64,000 nt of DNA from Chiloscyllium plagiosum (lineage: Eukaryota): contig NC_057755.1 of assembly GCF_004010195.1 (NCBI RefSeq), forward strand, positions 12,694,142 through 12,758,141. Reading direction: 5' to 3'. The notes under the pieces were generated by a model. That model had not been told where the DNA came from. It searched no databases and was given only the letters and a program-made list of their open reading frames with translations. Both the position numbers and the translations under genes were made by a program. Shown here piece after piece: positions 1 through 13,519 of this stretch (its first letter is position 1; every line of letters starts with the position of its first letter).

Positions 1-385
1 GAGGGGTGACCTTATAGAGGTTTACAAAATTGTGAGGGGCATGGATAGGATAAATAGACAAAGTCTTTTCCCTGGGGTCGGGGAGTCCAGAACTAGAGGG
101 CATAGGGTTAGGGTGAGAGGGGAAAGATATAAAAGAGACCTAAGGGGCAACTTTTTTACGCAGAGGGTGGAAAGTGTATGGAATGAGTTGCCAGAGGAAG
201 TGGTAGAGGCTGGTACAATTGCAACATTTGAGAGGCATTTGGATGGGTATATGAATAGGAAGGGTTTGGAGGAATATGGGCCGGGTGCTGGCAGGTGGGA
301 CTAAATTGGGTTGGGGTATCTGATCGGCATGGACAGGTTGGACCGAAGGGTCTGTTTCCGTGCTGCACATTTCTATGACTCTATC
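1..385 (+). mobile_element. CR1/HER1-like LINE 3' end
   Basis: ORF2 C-terminal peptide ...TRGH...FFTQRV..WN.LP (ORF 32..304) and a ctatgact-type tail. Confidence 0.85.
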
Positions 386-814
386 TACCACATTTTATAC
401 TCACTCACCTAACATGTTTATTTCTCTTTGAAGAATCTGTCTGTAACTTTTTTCCTACTCATCTTTGTATTTTCAGTAAATTTGGCTGTAATACAGTTGG
501 TCATATTATCCAAATCATCCATATAAATCATAATTGAAGCCGTCTACTGATTCCTGTGGCATTTCATTTGTTACAGTTTGTCAACCCATCGATCACAATT
601 CTGTTTCCTGTTGGTTAGCCAGTTCTGTATTCATGATGATGGATCACTCCCAACAAAGACATCAACATGAAATCGGGACTAATATTCCAATGCACTATCA
701 GAAGTTGTCCTTCAGATAAAATTTAAACCAGTCTCCATCTTCCCTCTGCAAATAATGAAAAACAAGTCCCATGGGCTAAATCTTGCATTTCTTTGACTGA
801 GTCCAAGTTAGACA

Positions 815-1125
815 AAGAAAGAACAAAGAAAATTTACAGCACAGGAACAGGCCCTTCAGCCTTCCAAGCCTGTTCTGCCCCAAATCCACTGTCTAAACTT
901 ATTGCCCAATTCCTAAGGATCTGTATCCTTCTGCTCCCCACCTACTCGTGCATCTGTCCAGACACACCTTAAATGAATCTACCGTGCCTGCCTGTACTAC
1001 GTCTACTGGCAATGTGTTCCAGGCACCTGCCACCCTCTGTGTAAAGTATTTTTGTGTGTAACCCCCTTAAACTTTTCTCTTCTCACCTTGAACGCGTGAC
1101 CTCTCATTATTGAATCCTTCACCCT
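815..1125 (-). mobile_element. CR1-like LINE 3' end
   Basis: RGHAFKVRREKFKG peptide on the minus strand; aagaacaaagaa tail. Confidence 0.75.
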
Positions 1126-2160
1126 ATGTTGACCTCTTTGCAGGTCTTGCTTGGCCAGTGAGCCAAGTGAAGGGAGAAATCTGGCAACTGATTGATGGTG
1201 TGGTCTTAATCTTAATGACAGGGAAAGAAAATTAAATTTAAAAGCAAAATGAATCTGTATTTGAATAAAGAAAAATATTTTGAGGAAAGGACTGGAGAAC
1301 AAAACCAAGCAAAACGTTGTGCCCAAAGCAGACCCAGCTCATCTCTGCAACTGAACGTATCTCTGTCTGTCAGGAAGCATGAGTGTGGTCCACCCCCAAC
1401 TGCTCAACGTCACAACTGTGTTGCTGTAGCAGCTCTATTTCCTCAAACTGATAGTGCTACTGCCCTGGCTCCTCTGCTAGCAGCAGGACCCACTCTGACC
1501 ATCAGCCAGATCCGCCTGGAGCCCTGATGGTCATCTCCATCCCCAGTACTCATTTCTTCCTTCCCAGGATTTCTGCACTGAGTACTCCGCATGTACTGTT
1601 ATTTGTCTGCTCTCCTTACAAACTTCTCACATCTTCCCACCCAGCTGCTACAATCATTCCCTCCAAGTCACACCACCTTGGTACTTCAGATTTAAATCAG
1701 TAAACAGTTCGCATTGTTTTGCTCGTTTCTAAATCCTATCCCTTCACCTTTTTCCTTTGAAAGAGCTGCCCTTCCCAAATTTTCTGCTATCTCAAATTCA
1801 AAATCCTCCATAGCACAGATCTTCAACCTTGCTGTGAGTAACTGTCAACTGTGTAAATGGTGACAACACTTCAAAGGTTCATTAGCTGCTTCTGAGAAAT
1901 CAAAGACCATCAAATGTGCTGCATTCATTCAAACTTTTTTTTTTAGTAATTACTCTGGAAGTACATTCTGCTCCCTTCAGTATCTCATGATATTTTTTAA
2001 TGTTTTTAATCCCTGCTTTCCAAATGTTGTGTGCCATCAATTCTGTGAGTTAATTCCCGAACTTGTGTTTCATATGTATTTGATAAATTTAATTTTAAAC
2101 TACATGGGTATTTGTGACATGATATTTGATGCAGCCTTTGACATTCCTGTCTGTGCACAG

Positions 2161-2344
2161 GGACTGGCAGTAATACTTGCTATATGGAAGAAGCAAGAAA
2201 CACCGAGACTGTGGAAGGAGACGAAGGGCTCATGTGCGTGAATATGGAGTGGGGTGCTTTTGGTGACAATGGATGCCTTGATGATATCAGGACAGAGTAT
2301 GACAATGCTGTGGATGATCTGTCATTAAACCAAGGGAAACAAAA
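2161..2344 (+). CDS. HK1: Hexokinase-1 coding exon (equivalent to human exon 15)
   Basis: Acceptor ...gcacag| and donor |gtgagt; 184 bp. Manual translation (G)[60 protein letters not shown] contains the hexokinase GTGSN and NMEWGAFGD motifs. Not in the ORF track in this frame. Confidence 0.95.
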
Positions 2345-2454
2345 GTGAGTTGATGAAATGGCGATACACTAGCCTGAATCGTTTTAACTACGATGGTGTA
2401 GCAGCTGCTGAAGCTGTTTCACCTTTGCCTTAACGTTTGTGATAAGCAGCACAA

Positions 2455-2575
2455 GCATCAGGAAGGCTTTTGCCCGAAACGTCGATTTTCCTCCTTGGAT
2501 GCTGCTTGACCTGCGTTTTTCCAGCACCACACTCTCGACTCTAATCTCCAGTATCTGTAGTCCTCACTTTCGCCT
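2455..2575 (+). mobile_element. Solo Penelope-like terminal repeat (hammerhead core damaged), HK1 intron
   Basis: ggcttttgcccgaaacgtcga...gtcctcactttc matches the terminus of the PLEs elsewhere in the window. Confidence 0.75.
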
Positions 2576-3434
2576 AGTAAACTTGCATTGCTTTCAGGCT
2601 TCCAAGAGTAGTGGTCAGGTGCTGTTGTTCCATACAGTAAGCTGTATCTGTACCTTCTGAGGTTTGTGTCGTGCATACCAAGTGCAAAGTTTTCAAATTG
2701 TGATTTGCTTTTGTGGAATAAATTTGAATGTTTATTGGGATATACTGTAAACAGAAACAGATTGCCCCGATCTTTCAGTCAGTGTGATGTTGGGACACTT
2801 AACCTGACCTCAAAGATCGTTGTTACACACCGTTATTTCATTCTTCTGGCCTGATCTTTTTCTCCCAGCTGTAGTGTTGATGCTTCCACACAGTTGTCGA
2901 GGAAGGCAGCTGATGCAGTTAGTAAATTGTTTAATGGTCTCATTGAGTGGAGGGCATGAATGGAGCATTGAGTGGGAGAGGTGGGTGTAGTTGAGGGGAT
3001 TTGGAAAGTCTGGTTTAATGGGAGAGTGGTAAATATGAGGCTGTGGGATTGGGGATTTAGATTGTAAGGCCAGTGGAGTTGTGTGTGTGGATTAGTTGGG
3101 GCGGTGAGTTGTTAAACCAGAGACCAAATAGTGTAATATCTATAAGGTAAATATCTGGGTATCAAACCCAAGTTCACAACACTGATATCAGTATAAAAGA
3201 TATTTGCAGAGGGTTGTGAAGGTAGTGTGAATTAGCCAATTAGACATTTAAACCACCTGAGATATCTCAGTGCATGTGTCAACAATTTTGATGATTCCTA
3301 AATCACAATAGCAACAGGTGTATCGGGAATCACACTGTTGACATCAGAAGATCTAGATGAATGTCTATGCAATAATTGGGACACTGGGGGGCTTTACAAG
3401 GCAAATGTCACATGAACAATAAAAGGTTTCTTGA

Positions 3435-3605
<171 letters not shown>

Positions 3606-3692
3606 TAAGCAGCTTTTCTTTAGGTTACTCCACCAGTTTGACAATGCTGACCTTTGTGGTTGACATCCTATTTTGTTTCTATTTGTGACTAG

Positions 3693-3926
3693 TGACCGCC
3701 TGGCTCTGCTCCAAGTCCGTGCAATCCTTCAGCAGCTTGGCCTGGACAGCACTTGTGATGACAGTATCATCGTTAAAGAGGTGTGCGGAGCTGTTTCTAA
3801 GAGAGCAGCCCAGCTCTGTGGTGCAGGAATGGCAGCTGTTGTTGACAAAATAAGGGAGAACCGGGGTTTGGATCACCTGGAGATTACTGTCGGTGTAGAT
3901 GGAACTCTCTACAAGCTCCACCCACA
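3693..3926 (+). CDS. HK1: Hexokinase-1 coding exon (equivalent to exon 17)
   Basis: Acceptor ...gactag| and donor |gtaagt; 234 bp. [77 protein letters not shown](H) (ORF 3673..3930). DRL, QQL and VDK are HK1-type residues. Confidence 0.95.
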
Positions 3927-5129
3927 GTAAGTGGTTTAACTGGGTAAAGTTTATTTTTGTGATGATTAAGATTAAGGACAATGTGCTGGAGAATGGAATA
4001 CATTCTGTTCAGGCCTAATCTCTCAATAGATATTCTAAAGTTGAGGAATGCAAGCAGATGTGAAATAAAGCTTTGTTGCTCCATCAATCTGCCTCAGTAA
4101 GTACCCAATATTGAACCACTAATCCTCTTACACTATGGGCTTATATCTACTAGGGTATGTATGGTATATATTAACTCTGTAGCTATGATATAAGTTAGGA
4201 TGTATACATTTATATGAATGGGATTATATGCAGGTAACTACTCGTGTACATTCATTAGGGAAGTATGTTTCCAAGCACTGATGTCACCACATAGATTTAA
4301 TGTTTGTCATCATGTACAAATGCATCACATTGCCCTTAACCCCACATCCCGATCTTACCCCAAACCCACATCCCCCTGAAATCTGCGCAGGCTCAATTTA
4401 AAGCGTGTACAGCATGAATATGTTATTGTCAGCATACAGAGCCCTTGAGCATACATGCAGTCACAGGACTGGCCACCTGTGGCACTGTAACAAAGTCAGC
4501 TTTGGCCCTAATGATTACAGTTGATGGAACCCAGGTGCTTTTCCAGAATCTGCTTTGCTGGCCCTTGTCAAAAGCAACAGGAGGTGTGTTGAGGATGTTG
4601 TCAGAGGTCTGTCCTCATGTAGTGTTTAAGGCTGGGCAGAGCTATGTTTCATATGGAGCAATCAGTTGTCCCCTTCCCAGCATACACTCAGTATCAGTGC
4701 TCACTGATCAATTTCTTTTCTTATTTTAAAGAGCATGGTCTTTGGACACGTGGATTTATAGACCAGTTAGGTAGTCTATTTCAAAACGCAGAAAATTCCA
4801 AATTAAAAGATGTATTGGCCCTCAGTATTCCAGATTTAGAAACTTCTGTGCAGAAACAATGGATGGAAGGCTGACATACCTGACTGTAACACCTAGTGAG
4901 CCTATTAGTGGCACGTTGGCTAAGAACAAAAGAACCATGAGATTGCCTTTGGAACCTTCACTCATGACATGCAGTTCCAGTGAAGTAAGGGCAGAATTGT
5001 ATCCTATGTCTGCAACTAATAAGTAACTACTATTATCTAATGAAAGTGGCATCAAATCACCTTGGTGTTTTATTTTGTTTCATGAGACACATTTCAAGCT
5101 AGGCCAGTATTCACAAATAAGGAGCAGGA

Positions 5130-6150
5130 GTAGGCAATTCAGTTTTAATCAAGTCACCCCTTACACTTCTAATTTCCCGCACATATAAGCTCAGTCTGTC
5201 CAACCTTTCCTCATAAGATGACTTGCCAATTCTAGTCATCTGTCTTTAAATAAGGTGATGCATATTGTGCACGGTACTCCAGATCCACTCTCACCAGTGC
5301 CTTGTATAGCTGAAGCATAATTCAGTTTTCATTGCAAAAAATGTTTACATTTTATTAGTTTTCTTAATTAATTGCTGAACCTGCATACTAACCTTTTTGT
5401 GATTGATGCTTAAAACCACCCAGGTCCCTCTGCATCTAGAAGCTGTGTGATCTCTCACCATTTTGATAAAAATGCTATTTTTTAAATTCTTCAGCCAAAA
5501 TGGATAGTTTCACATGTTTCCACTTTATACTCCATTTTCCACATCTCAGCACTCGCTTAACCTATTTTGGTAATCTTTGTGTCTACTTCACTTTCTGCCT
5601 ATCTTTGTGTCATCAGCAAATTTGGCAACCATATCTTCTGCTCCTTCATCTAAGGTGTTTTTATAAATTATAAACAGTTAAGGCCCCAACACCAATTACT
5701 GTGGGGCACCACTCATTGCATCTTGCCAACCTGAAAATGGCACATGAATACCTATTCACTGCTTCATGTTAGCCAGCCAGTCTTCTACTCATGTTGTACC
5801 CTGGATGCCATCAGCATTTAGTGCTTGTCTGTAGTGCTGTGATGGTGAGCAGCCTTCCTGGACTGCTGCAGTTCAGGTGTGTAGGTACAACAGTGTAATG
5901 AGGGAGAGAGTTCCAAGATTTTGAGCCAGCCATAGTAGTGAAGGAGTGGTGATATTCTAGGTTAGGATAGTGTGAGAGTTGTAATGGTGCTCCTATGTAT
6001 CTGTGCCCTTCCCCTTTAAAAGGAGAATTTGAAGAAGTCTTGGTGAGATAGTGCAGTGCATCTAATAAATGGTACACACAACAGCTACTCTGTGTGTCAA
6101 TGTTAAAGGGAGCAGTGTGTACACTAGGAGTACTCTGCAAGCAGCTGCTC
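5130..6150 (-). mobile_element. Old degenerate LINE fragments in the last HK1 intron
   Basis: Decayed similarity to the LINE RT/3' segments elsewhere in the window (e.g. gtgtcatcagcaaattt). Confidence 0.5.
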
Positions 6151-6675
6151 TTGGGGACAGATTAGGCGTAATTCCATGCAGGTTTTAGAAACTTGTGCTT
6201 GCTACAGTACCTAATCAGAAAATAAAACATCTGCTCACATTTGAAATGAGTGGACAGTGCTTAAAGAAGATGGATCTGAATAAACAAAGCAAAAATAGAA
6301 AAACTATTTTAAGACAAATGTGACCTGCTTTTTGGTGCTTTGAAGTCCCAATCGTGCACATTATAGTGCAGGAAATCCCAGATTTGTGCAGGTCTGTGAT
6401 GTGCTACCTGAGTTCAGTAGGTCAGTCAAGACTGCAGGCCTAACTTAGTTCCCATTCCAAACCAATTGCCTGCACCTTTCCTCTAACCATATTCTTCTTA
6501 CAATCAGAAGGGATTTTATTTGTCTTTTGGGCTGTAAGCCTTGGTTTACTGTAAGTACTATCAATTAACCCATTGTAGAGTCATGTTCCTCTTTTTTTTT
6601 AGTGTTTTATGGGGCAAGAACTAAGCAACATATGTATTCATACAATAACACGTATTGTTTCTTTGTTCTTAACAG

Positions 6676-6817
6676 CTTTTCAAAGATTATGGATAAAACA
6701 GTAAAAGAACTGGCCCCAAAATGTGATGTGACGTTCCTGTTATCAGAAGATGGTAGTGGAAAGGGAGCTGCCCTTATTACAGCAGTGGCATGTAGACTTC
6801 GTGAATCCGGACAGTAA
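6676..6817 (+). CDS. HK1: Hexokinase-1 terminal coding exon with stop codon
   Basis: Polypyrimidine tract plus aacag| acceptor; [46 protein letters not shown] with the [10 protein letters not shown] motif; TAA at 6815-6817. Confidence 0.95.
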
Positions 6818-7900
6818 AAGCTGTAGTGGACAGCACCAACTCCTGGGACGGGTAGTATTTCATATTCCCTGCACTTTCCTTTCTAAAACAGCTATGACTC
6901 CATTGTCATAGTTGAGGTTTTCAGTGTGTTCTGCTGAGCACTGCATATATAAACATGCAAAAAAATCTTCCATTTGAAATGCCAAAAAGACCACTAGCAA
7001 CACACAGGTTAACTAGAAACTGCTGGATTTGCAAAAGTCCCAATTTCAAATTATTGTGCTCTGTCACCTCCCAGTTTTGTGCTTACTGTCATCAAATACA
7101 CTAGCTTTTAAACTGTCTGTTCATGATTTGCCTAAGGCTATTGAAGGGGATAAAACTGGATTAAAGTTCCATCTAGCTTGTTTTGTTGTAGAGGTACAAC
7201 ATTCTCCAAGTAAAAAGGATATTCTGGTTTACCTCTGTTACATAATTTTGTGAAGTATTGTGTTGTGTCTTAACAAAGGTATATATATTTGGTAACTTAA
7301 AATTCCCCTGAGAAATGAAAACAGTTGTTAAAACCTGAAATGCATTTTCAGGAAATGTAGTTGTTGGTTGTGTTGCACATTGCTGTCACCTCTTGTAGAT
7401 GAGTTTGTTAAGATCTGTGTAAAATGCATGCCTTATTGACAAAGCAGAATCTTTAATTTTATACACTAGTAGAGGCGCACGTCTTTTAAAGTGACTTTGT
7501 GAATACATTAAACTTGATCTAATGTGCTTCATAAAGAGTATTGTGTGTTCTTTGGGAGAATTTGATAGGAACAAGGCTGTCTGCAAAATGTGGTTGGGGG
7601 GGGGAAACTGGCTCAGGCCTGAGGACTAAACATGGAAATGGCCAGTGCTATAATGAAACTGATAGAAATGATATGTGGTTTACACAAGTGATTTTTAAAA
7701 AAAATTATACACTATTTGATAACCCAGGAAATAAGATTTTATTTACTATGTAAGTTATTTTCTCAATTTTAACAAAGTGTTCATGAAAAGCCACCAGTGA
7801 AAACTTCACCTTCTTCGTGTACGACATTCTTTCCGTCACAAGACCAGAATCCACTGACTGTACACTGTTCAGTAACATTTGTGACTTAATCAAATACTGA
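6818..7900 (+). other. HK1: Probable HK1 3' UTR (end uncertain; candidate ATTAAA at 7507-7512)
   Basis: AT-rich, repeat-free sequence directly after the stop codon; no canonical AATAAA noticed. Confidence 0.5.
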
Positions 7901-8191
7901 ACCAATCCACTTCTAAATGCAGTGAGATCTGAACAAAATCCAGAGTGGTTGATAAATGGCAAACAACATTCACACCAAAAAAGTACAGCTAATGACCATC
8001 TCTGATGACACTATCGACACAACTTTTTGTGGGAATCGCCATGACTCACTATCAACATCCTGAGTATTACCATCATCCAAAAACTGAACTGGACTAGCAA
8101 TGTAAATTCAATGGCTTCAGCAAATAATTCACCAGTTGCCTGGCTGAGTGCAGATCCAACAACAATCGAGGTTTGGCACTATCCAGGATGA

Positions 8192-8399
8192 GAGGTGCTG
8201 GAAAAGCACAGCAGCTGAGGCAGCATCCAAGGAGCAGGAAAAATCTATGTTTCGGGCAAAAGCCCTTCCTGATGAAGGGCTTTTGTCCGAAACATCGATT
8301 TTTCCTGCTCCTCGGATGCTGCCTGAACTGCTGCGCTTTTCCAGCACCTCTCTAAATCTAGAATCTGGTTTCCAGCATCTGCAGTCCTTGTTTTTACCT
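8192..8399 (+). mobile_element. Fold-back PLE terminal-repeat insertion with 14-bp TSD
   Basis: TSD actatccaggatga at 8178-8191 and 8400-8413. Inverted arms about 8191-8268 and 8274-8351, centred on CTGATGA (8269-8275). Confidence 0.85.
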
Positions 8400-10798
8400 A
8401 CTATCCAGGATGAAGAATCCCACTTAATTGGCACTACACCCTCAACCGTTTCTTCTTTCTGCACCAGCAATGCTTAGCAGTGGAGTTTTTGCTGTCTACA
8501 AGATGCACTGCAGAAATTCACCAGGCTCCTTATACAGCACCTTCAACCTTCCCAAGATCACTGCCCTCAAGGACAATAGATGCAATGGGAACACCACCAA
8601 TTGTAAGTTCCCTATGAACTATTCACCATCCTGATTTGGAAAGAAGGACTGGATTGGCAAGATTACCTCTTCTGTCCTTTTTTTAAATCTACAAGCCATG
8701 CATGCCCCCTTATTCACAGAAATCAGTTGTTGTATTCTGTACTTTAAATGTGCAGCCATGCAGCTTAATGATATGGTAAGTGTGAGGTTTCAGAATGGGG
8801 GGGGATAGGGGATGGTGGTAGGGAAGTAATGGGTTGAGCCAGATCACATGCTAAAGGTTCCAGATGGAAGCATGAGCCTCAGGTCTAGCCCTGAAGGAAG
8901 GAGTATCAGGTCAGCATCTTGGGGAATGTGTAATTGGGGGTATAGTAACTTGGACAATACTAGGATAATAATGACCCAGGGATTTTGATTATATATTTAA
9001 ATGCCTGATTTCTCAGTAACTGCTTACTTAACTGCATCAGAACTCTCCAAATTCTCTGATTAAAATAGATTCTGGTCAGAGGAATCTTCCAACTTTCTTA
9101 GCAATGTCCTTAGTATTGGAAATTCTACAGTGTCCCATGTGCAGCTCCCATCTGTGCTGCAGAAACAATTATCTGGCCATCAGAAAACCCAGGCTTTTAT
9201 TGCAGTTCCTTTTCTGCCCTGGAGTTCCCTCCCTAACCTACACCGAGTCAACTGCAGCATTTCAAGGAAGCAGCTCACCACCACCTTCTTGAGGGCAATT
9301 AGAGGTGGGTCATAAATAATTGATAATAAGTAATAATAAATAATTCCCCTGCCAGTCATGCCCACATCCTAGGAACGAATAATCAAAAATGTTGTCATTG
9401 AAACCTGTTCTTCAAATTGCTTCCTGTGAAATTGAAGCAAGTGGGTTCATAATGAAAGCTTACACTACAGGATACAGATCCACAGGTTAATTGTAGTTAA
9501 CTTCTGACTGTATAATCAGGTCAGAAGTTTCCAAAGAACTGCCTATCCTATTTGATTTGATTCTTTGATTTGATTTATTGTCACATGTACTTAAGTGGAG
9601 GGGAAAAGTTTAGTTTTGCGAGCAGCACAGGCAGATCATAGCAAAAAAGGACATGTAGATCATAGAGTAAAAGTATGGAATGACTGTAAGAAATGAGAAT
9701 AAGGTCTGCTGTAGAGAGATAGCAAAGAGTTGTCTGGTGTCAGTACTGTCTTGAATGCAATTATTGACCCTCGACCCAGTACAGGAGTAACACTCTGAGA
9801 TTCTGTGAAAGCAACCCCATTACAATTTGCTGAAATTCTTGTCATTGAAGCTTTTATAACAATGGAAATTGCATTGCCAGTTTGGTTCACGCTCTCGAAT
9901 CAGCTGATTGGTCCATGGCAATACAGACATGCCAGTATAGTAATGAGAAATGGAATCTCAGGGAGAAGAAAAAAGTGGATGAGGAAGACTATGGGATGAA
10001 AGATTGAAGGTGAGAGAGGGAGACTGTAGAATTGCACTTTAGCAAATCGCTGCTTTTTAATGATTGGCTCAAAGTTCCTCCCAGTTTCCTGTGGTGGAAG
10101 GTGTGGTATTTTATGAAGTCAACAAAAGTGGGAAACCAAGAGTGGACGTCTGACTTTGGAATGCAAAACTTTGATCTCCTGGTGACAGTTTGAGATAAAG
10201 TCAATGGCATGTTTGCGATGTATCAAGCCTTGCACCAGCATGTGACAGGTTCCTCCTTGAAATAATATGCATACCATGAAAGGTCATTTTTACAGCAGTC
10301 TTGAAGCTGGCAATTTTAAAGCTGAGCTAGACAGATTTTTAATCAGTAAGGAAATCAAAAGGTTTTGGGGAAAAGGCAGGAAAGTGGAGTTCAGAAATAT
10401 CATTAGTCATTGTCTTATTGAGTACTTTCTACCATTTAATGTATCAAATGATCTAAATCAGCAGCACATGAAGATCTTATTATACCTGATCCACATTTGT
10501 TTAAAGGTGACATGCACCAAACAGCCTGCTACAGTTGTCTGTGGCTAGTAATTTTCCTTATTGAACGCTGCTGTAGCATATAGTACGGGTGCAGAAGAGT
10601 TGCTATTTGCAAGGAGACTCAGAATCAGCAAAAGTGAGTCAGTGATGACAAATGGATGTACTCTTGATCAATGACCTTTACAATGCATGGAAAAGTGGAC
10701 CTGCTGAGCCTGCAAATTCGGCACGAGACACTAACATGAATATGGATTAGTGGTGCTGGAAGAGCACAGCAGTTCAGGCAGCATCCGAGGAGCAGTAA

Positions 10799-10834
10799 AA
10801 TCAACGTTTCGGGCAAAAGCCCTTCATCAGGAAT
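10799..10834 (-). ncRNA. Minimal type-I hammerhead ribozyme motif in a PLE terminal repeat (element about 10743-10834)
   Basis: Minus strand AUUC-CUGAUGA-A-GGGC-UUUU-GCCC-GAAA-CGUU^GAUU. Confidence 0.7.
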
Positions 10835-10955
10835 ATTTCGATAAGTGTACATGAAAACACATCATTATTTTTCACAATAAATGAAATGCCTCTAACCTCC
10901 CTATCATCATTAATGCGGGCCATCAAAATTTAAAAACACTTTGCTACCTTTGTGT

Positions 10956-11074
10956 GGAGAAAGTGAGGTCTGCAGATGCTGGAGATCAGAGCTGAAAATG
11001 TGTTGCTGGAAAAGCGCAGCAGGTCAGGCAGCATCCAGGGAACAGGAGAATCGACGTTTCGGGCATAAGCCCTT
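10956..11074 (-). mobile_element. Solo PLE terminal repeat, truncated inside the hammerhead
   Basis: ggagaaagtgagg...gacgtttcgggcataagccctt. Confidence 0.8.
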
Positions 11075-11334
11075 TGGCATTGGGCACACAATGGAGTTGG
11101 GCAGGAAAATTTTGATCATGCCGCAGAATCTCTCATTTTGACCAGGAGGGTCTCTATAGCCTCATGTATCACCAATGAACAGCATCTGATGGTTACACAT
11201 TTCCCATGCTCACCACTGACATTTCTATTTTAATTGCAATCATGTGAGAACCAAGAAACAATCTCTTAAAGGGAGATTGAAATTTTGTACGGTAAACATA
11301 ATATCTGTTATGGCTATTTTCCCAAGGGCATTGG

Positions 11335-11690
11335 AGACCTTATGGAGGTCTATAAAACCATGATAAGGTGAATGGCCAAGGTCTTTTTCCGAAAGTGGGA
11401 GAGTCCATAACTAGAGGACATAGCTTTAGGGTGAGATGGGAAAAATTTGAAAGGGACCTAAGGGGCAATTATTTCACAGAGGGTGGTGTGTGTATGGAAT
11501 GAGCTGCCAGAGGAAGTGCTGGAGGCTGGTACAATTAAAACATTTAAAAGGCATCAGGATGGGTGTATGAATAGGAAACATTTAGAGGGATATGGGCCAA
11601 ATGCTGGCAAATAGAGCTAGATTAGTATCTGATAAGTATGGACAAGTTGGATCAAAGGGTCTATTTCCATGCTGTACAGATCTATGACTG
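11335..11690 (+). mobile_element. CR1/HER1-like LINE 3' end
   Basis: Diverged copy of 1-385. Confidence 0.8.
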
Positions 11691-11774
11691 TGAATGTAAA
11701 TAGATGGCCTGTAATGTGGTATCACATGGTCAGATGTCATGTTTGGTGGGTTGGTGTTGTAATGTTATTGCATT

Positions 11775-12230
11775 AGGCTAATTCTCTGGGTCACAAATTC
11801 CAGTCTCACCACGGCTGCTCGAGAAATTTAAATTCTACCAATGAATTTGGAATTGAAAGCTAATTTCATTAATGTTACCATGAAACCCTCAACAGTTGTT
11901 AAAACCCATCTGGTTCAGGGATCTTCTGGCACAATAAGAGTGTCCTTACCTCTGAGCCAGAAGACGTGAGTTCAATCCACACTTGCACCAGAGATATGGT
12001 CATAATATCTCTGAGCAGGATGGTTAGAAACTTAACACCATCTGATTCACTAATATCCTGCAGGGAATGAAATCTGTCCTTACCTGATCAGGTTTATATG
12101 TGACCCCTCCAGACTCATAGCAATGTGATTGACTCTTAAAATTGGCCTTTGATCAATGCTAGATCATTTCAATGATCTAGTGGTGGGCAACAAATGCTGG
12201 TCTTGTCACTGATTCCCTAATCCCAAGTCT
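11775..12230 (+). mobile_element. Older SINE-like repeat (related copy about 49820-50140) containing a nested ~120-bp tRNA-like insert
   Basis: Shared aaaacccatctggttca...ctccagac...gggcaa.aaatgctgg blocks with 49820-50140; nested insert at 11918-12037. Confidence 0.6.
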
Positions 12231-12249
12231 CAATAGTGCTCAACTAGAG

Positions 12250-13120
12250 TTTGAGTCAAAAGGTGTAGCACTGGAAAAGCACAGCAGGTCAGGCAATATC
12301 CAAGGAGCAGGAGAGTCGAGATTCTGGGCATAAGGTATATGGAGGGGTAAGTGGACTGAGTGATAAATAGGGTGGGAGTGAGGCTGGGGGGGGAAGGTAG
12401 CTGGGGAGATAATAGGTGGATGCAGGTGTGGATAATTGTGATAGGTCAGTGGGAAGAGTAGAGTGGATAGGTGGGAAGGAAGATGGACAGGTAGGACAGG
12501 TCAAGAGGGCGGTGCCGAGTTGAAGGGTTGGATCTAGGTTGAGGTGGGGGGAGGGGAGATTTGGAAACTTGTGAAGTCGATGTTGATGCTGTGTGGTTGA
12601 AGGATCTTGAGGTGGAAGATGAGGTATACTTCAAGTTGTTGGGTGGGTTTGATTTATCAGTGGAGGCAGCCCAGGATTTGCATGTCCTTGCAGGTGAAGT
12701 GGTCAGCCACAGGACAGTGGGGTTGTTTGTTGTGTGTGTCCCAGAGCTGTTCCCTGAAATGCTTTGTGAGTTGGCAACCTGTCTCTCTGATATAGAGCAG
12801 ACTACGTTGAAATTAACAGACACAATAGATGAGGTGGGTGGATGTGCAGAAAAATCTCTGCCAGATATGGAAAAATCCTTTGGGGCCCTGGAGAGAGGTG
12901 AGGGGGGAGGAACACAGGTTTAACACCTCTTACAGCAGCAAAGGAAGTGGAGGGTGGGTTGCTGGGAGCGTGGACCAAATGAGGGAGTCACGGAGGGATT
13001 GTCTCTACAGAATGCAGGTTGGAGAGGAAAATATATCTGTGGTGGTGGTGATAGGTGGCAGAAATGGCAGAGGAGAATGCGCTGTATCCAGAGGTGAGTG
13101 GGGTGGAAAGTGAGGACCAC
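12250..13120 (-). mobile_element. Degenerate Penelope-like element, 3' part
   Basis: Terminal repeat at 12260-12335, purine-rich 3' UTR, and decayed GIY-YIG region homologous to 19200-19880. Confidence 0.75.
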
Positions 13121-13519
13121 ATTTGTAAATTCTCGTACCTGGGTAGATGGTTTTAAAAAAAAACCTTGGCACTATGAGCAGGGAAGTTCTTGCCTGGTTA
13201 ATATTTTTCCCTCTGGTTCTTTATCTAAACATTTCCCTACATTGCATCAACAGTATAGATTTCATATATACTGATTGTCTCTGATATATACTGATGCGAA
13301 CATCACAATGAATAAAATTCATTCTCAAGAACTGAGTTATCTTGTATCTTAGAACCACACACAAAGAGACCATTCAGCCCACTTGGTAGAGCTGTCCAGA
13401 TAATCCCATTTCACTGCTCTGACTCCATAACCCAAATTGAAACTTGGTTCCTTTTTGTGATTTAATATAGGAAATATTTCCATTGTTATGGAATCATAAA
13501 ATCATACAGTACAAAAAAG

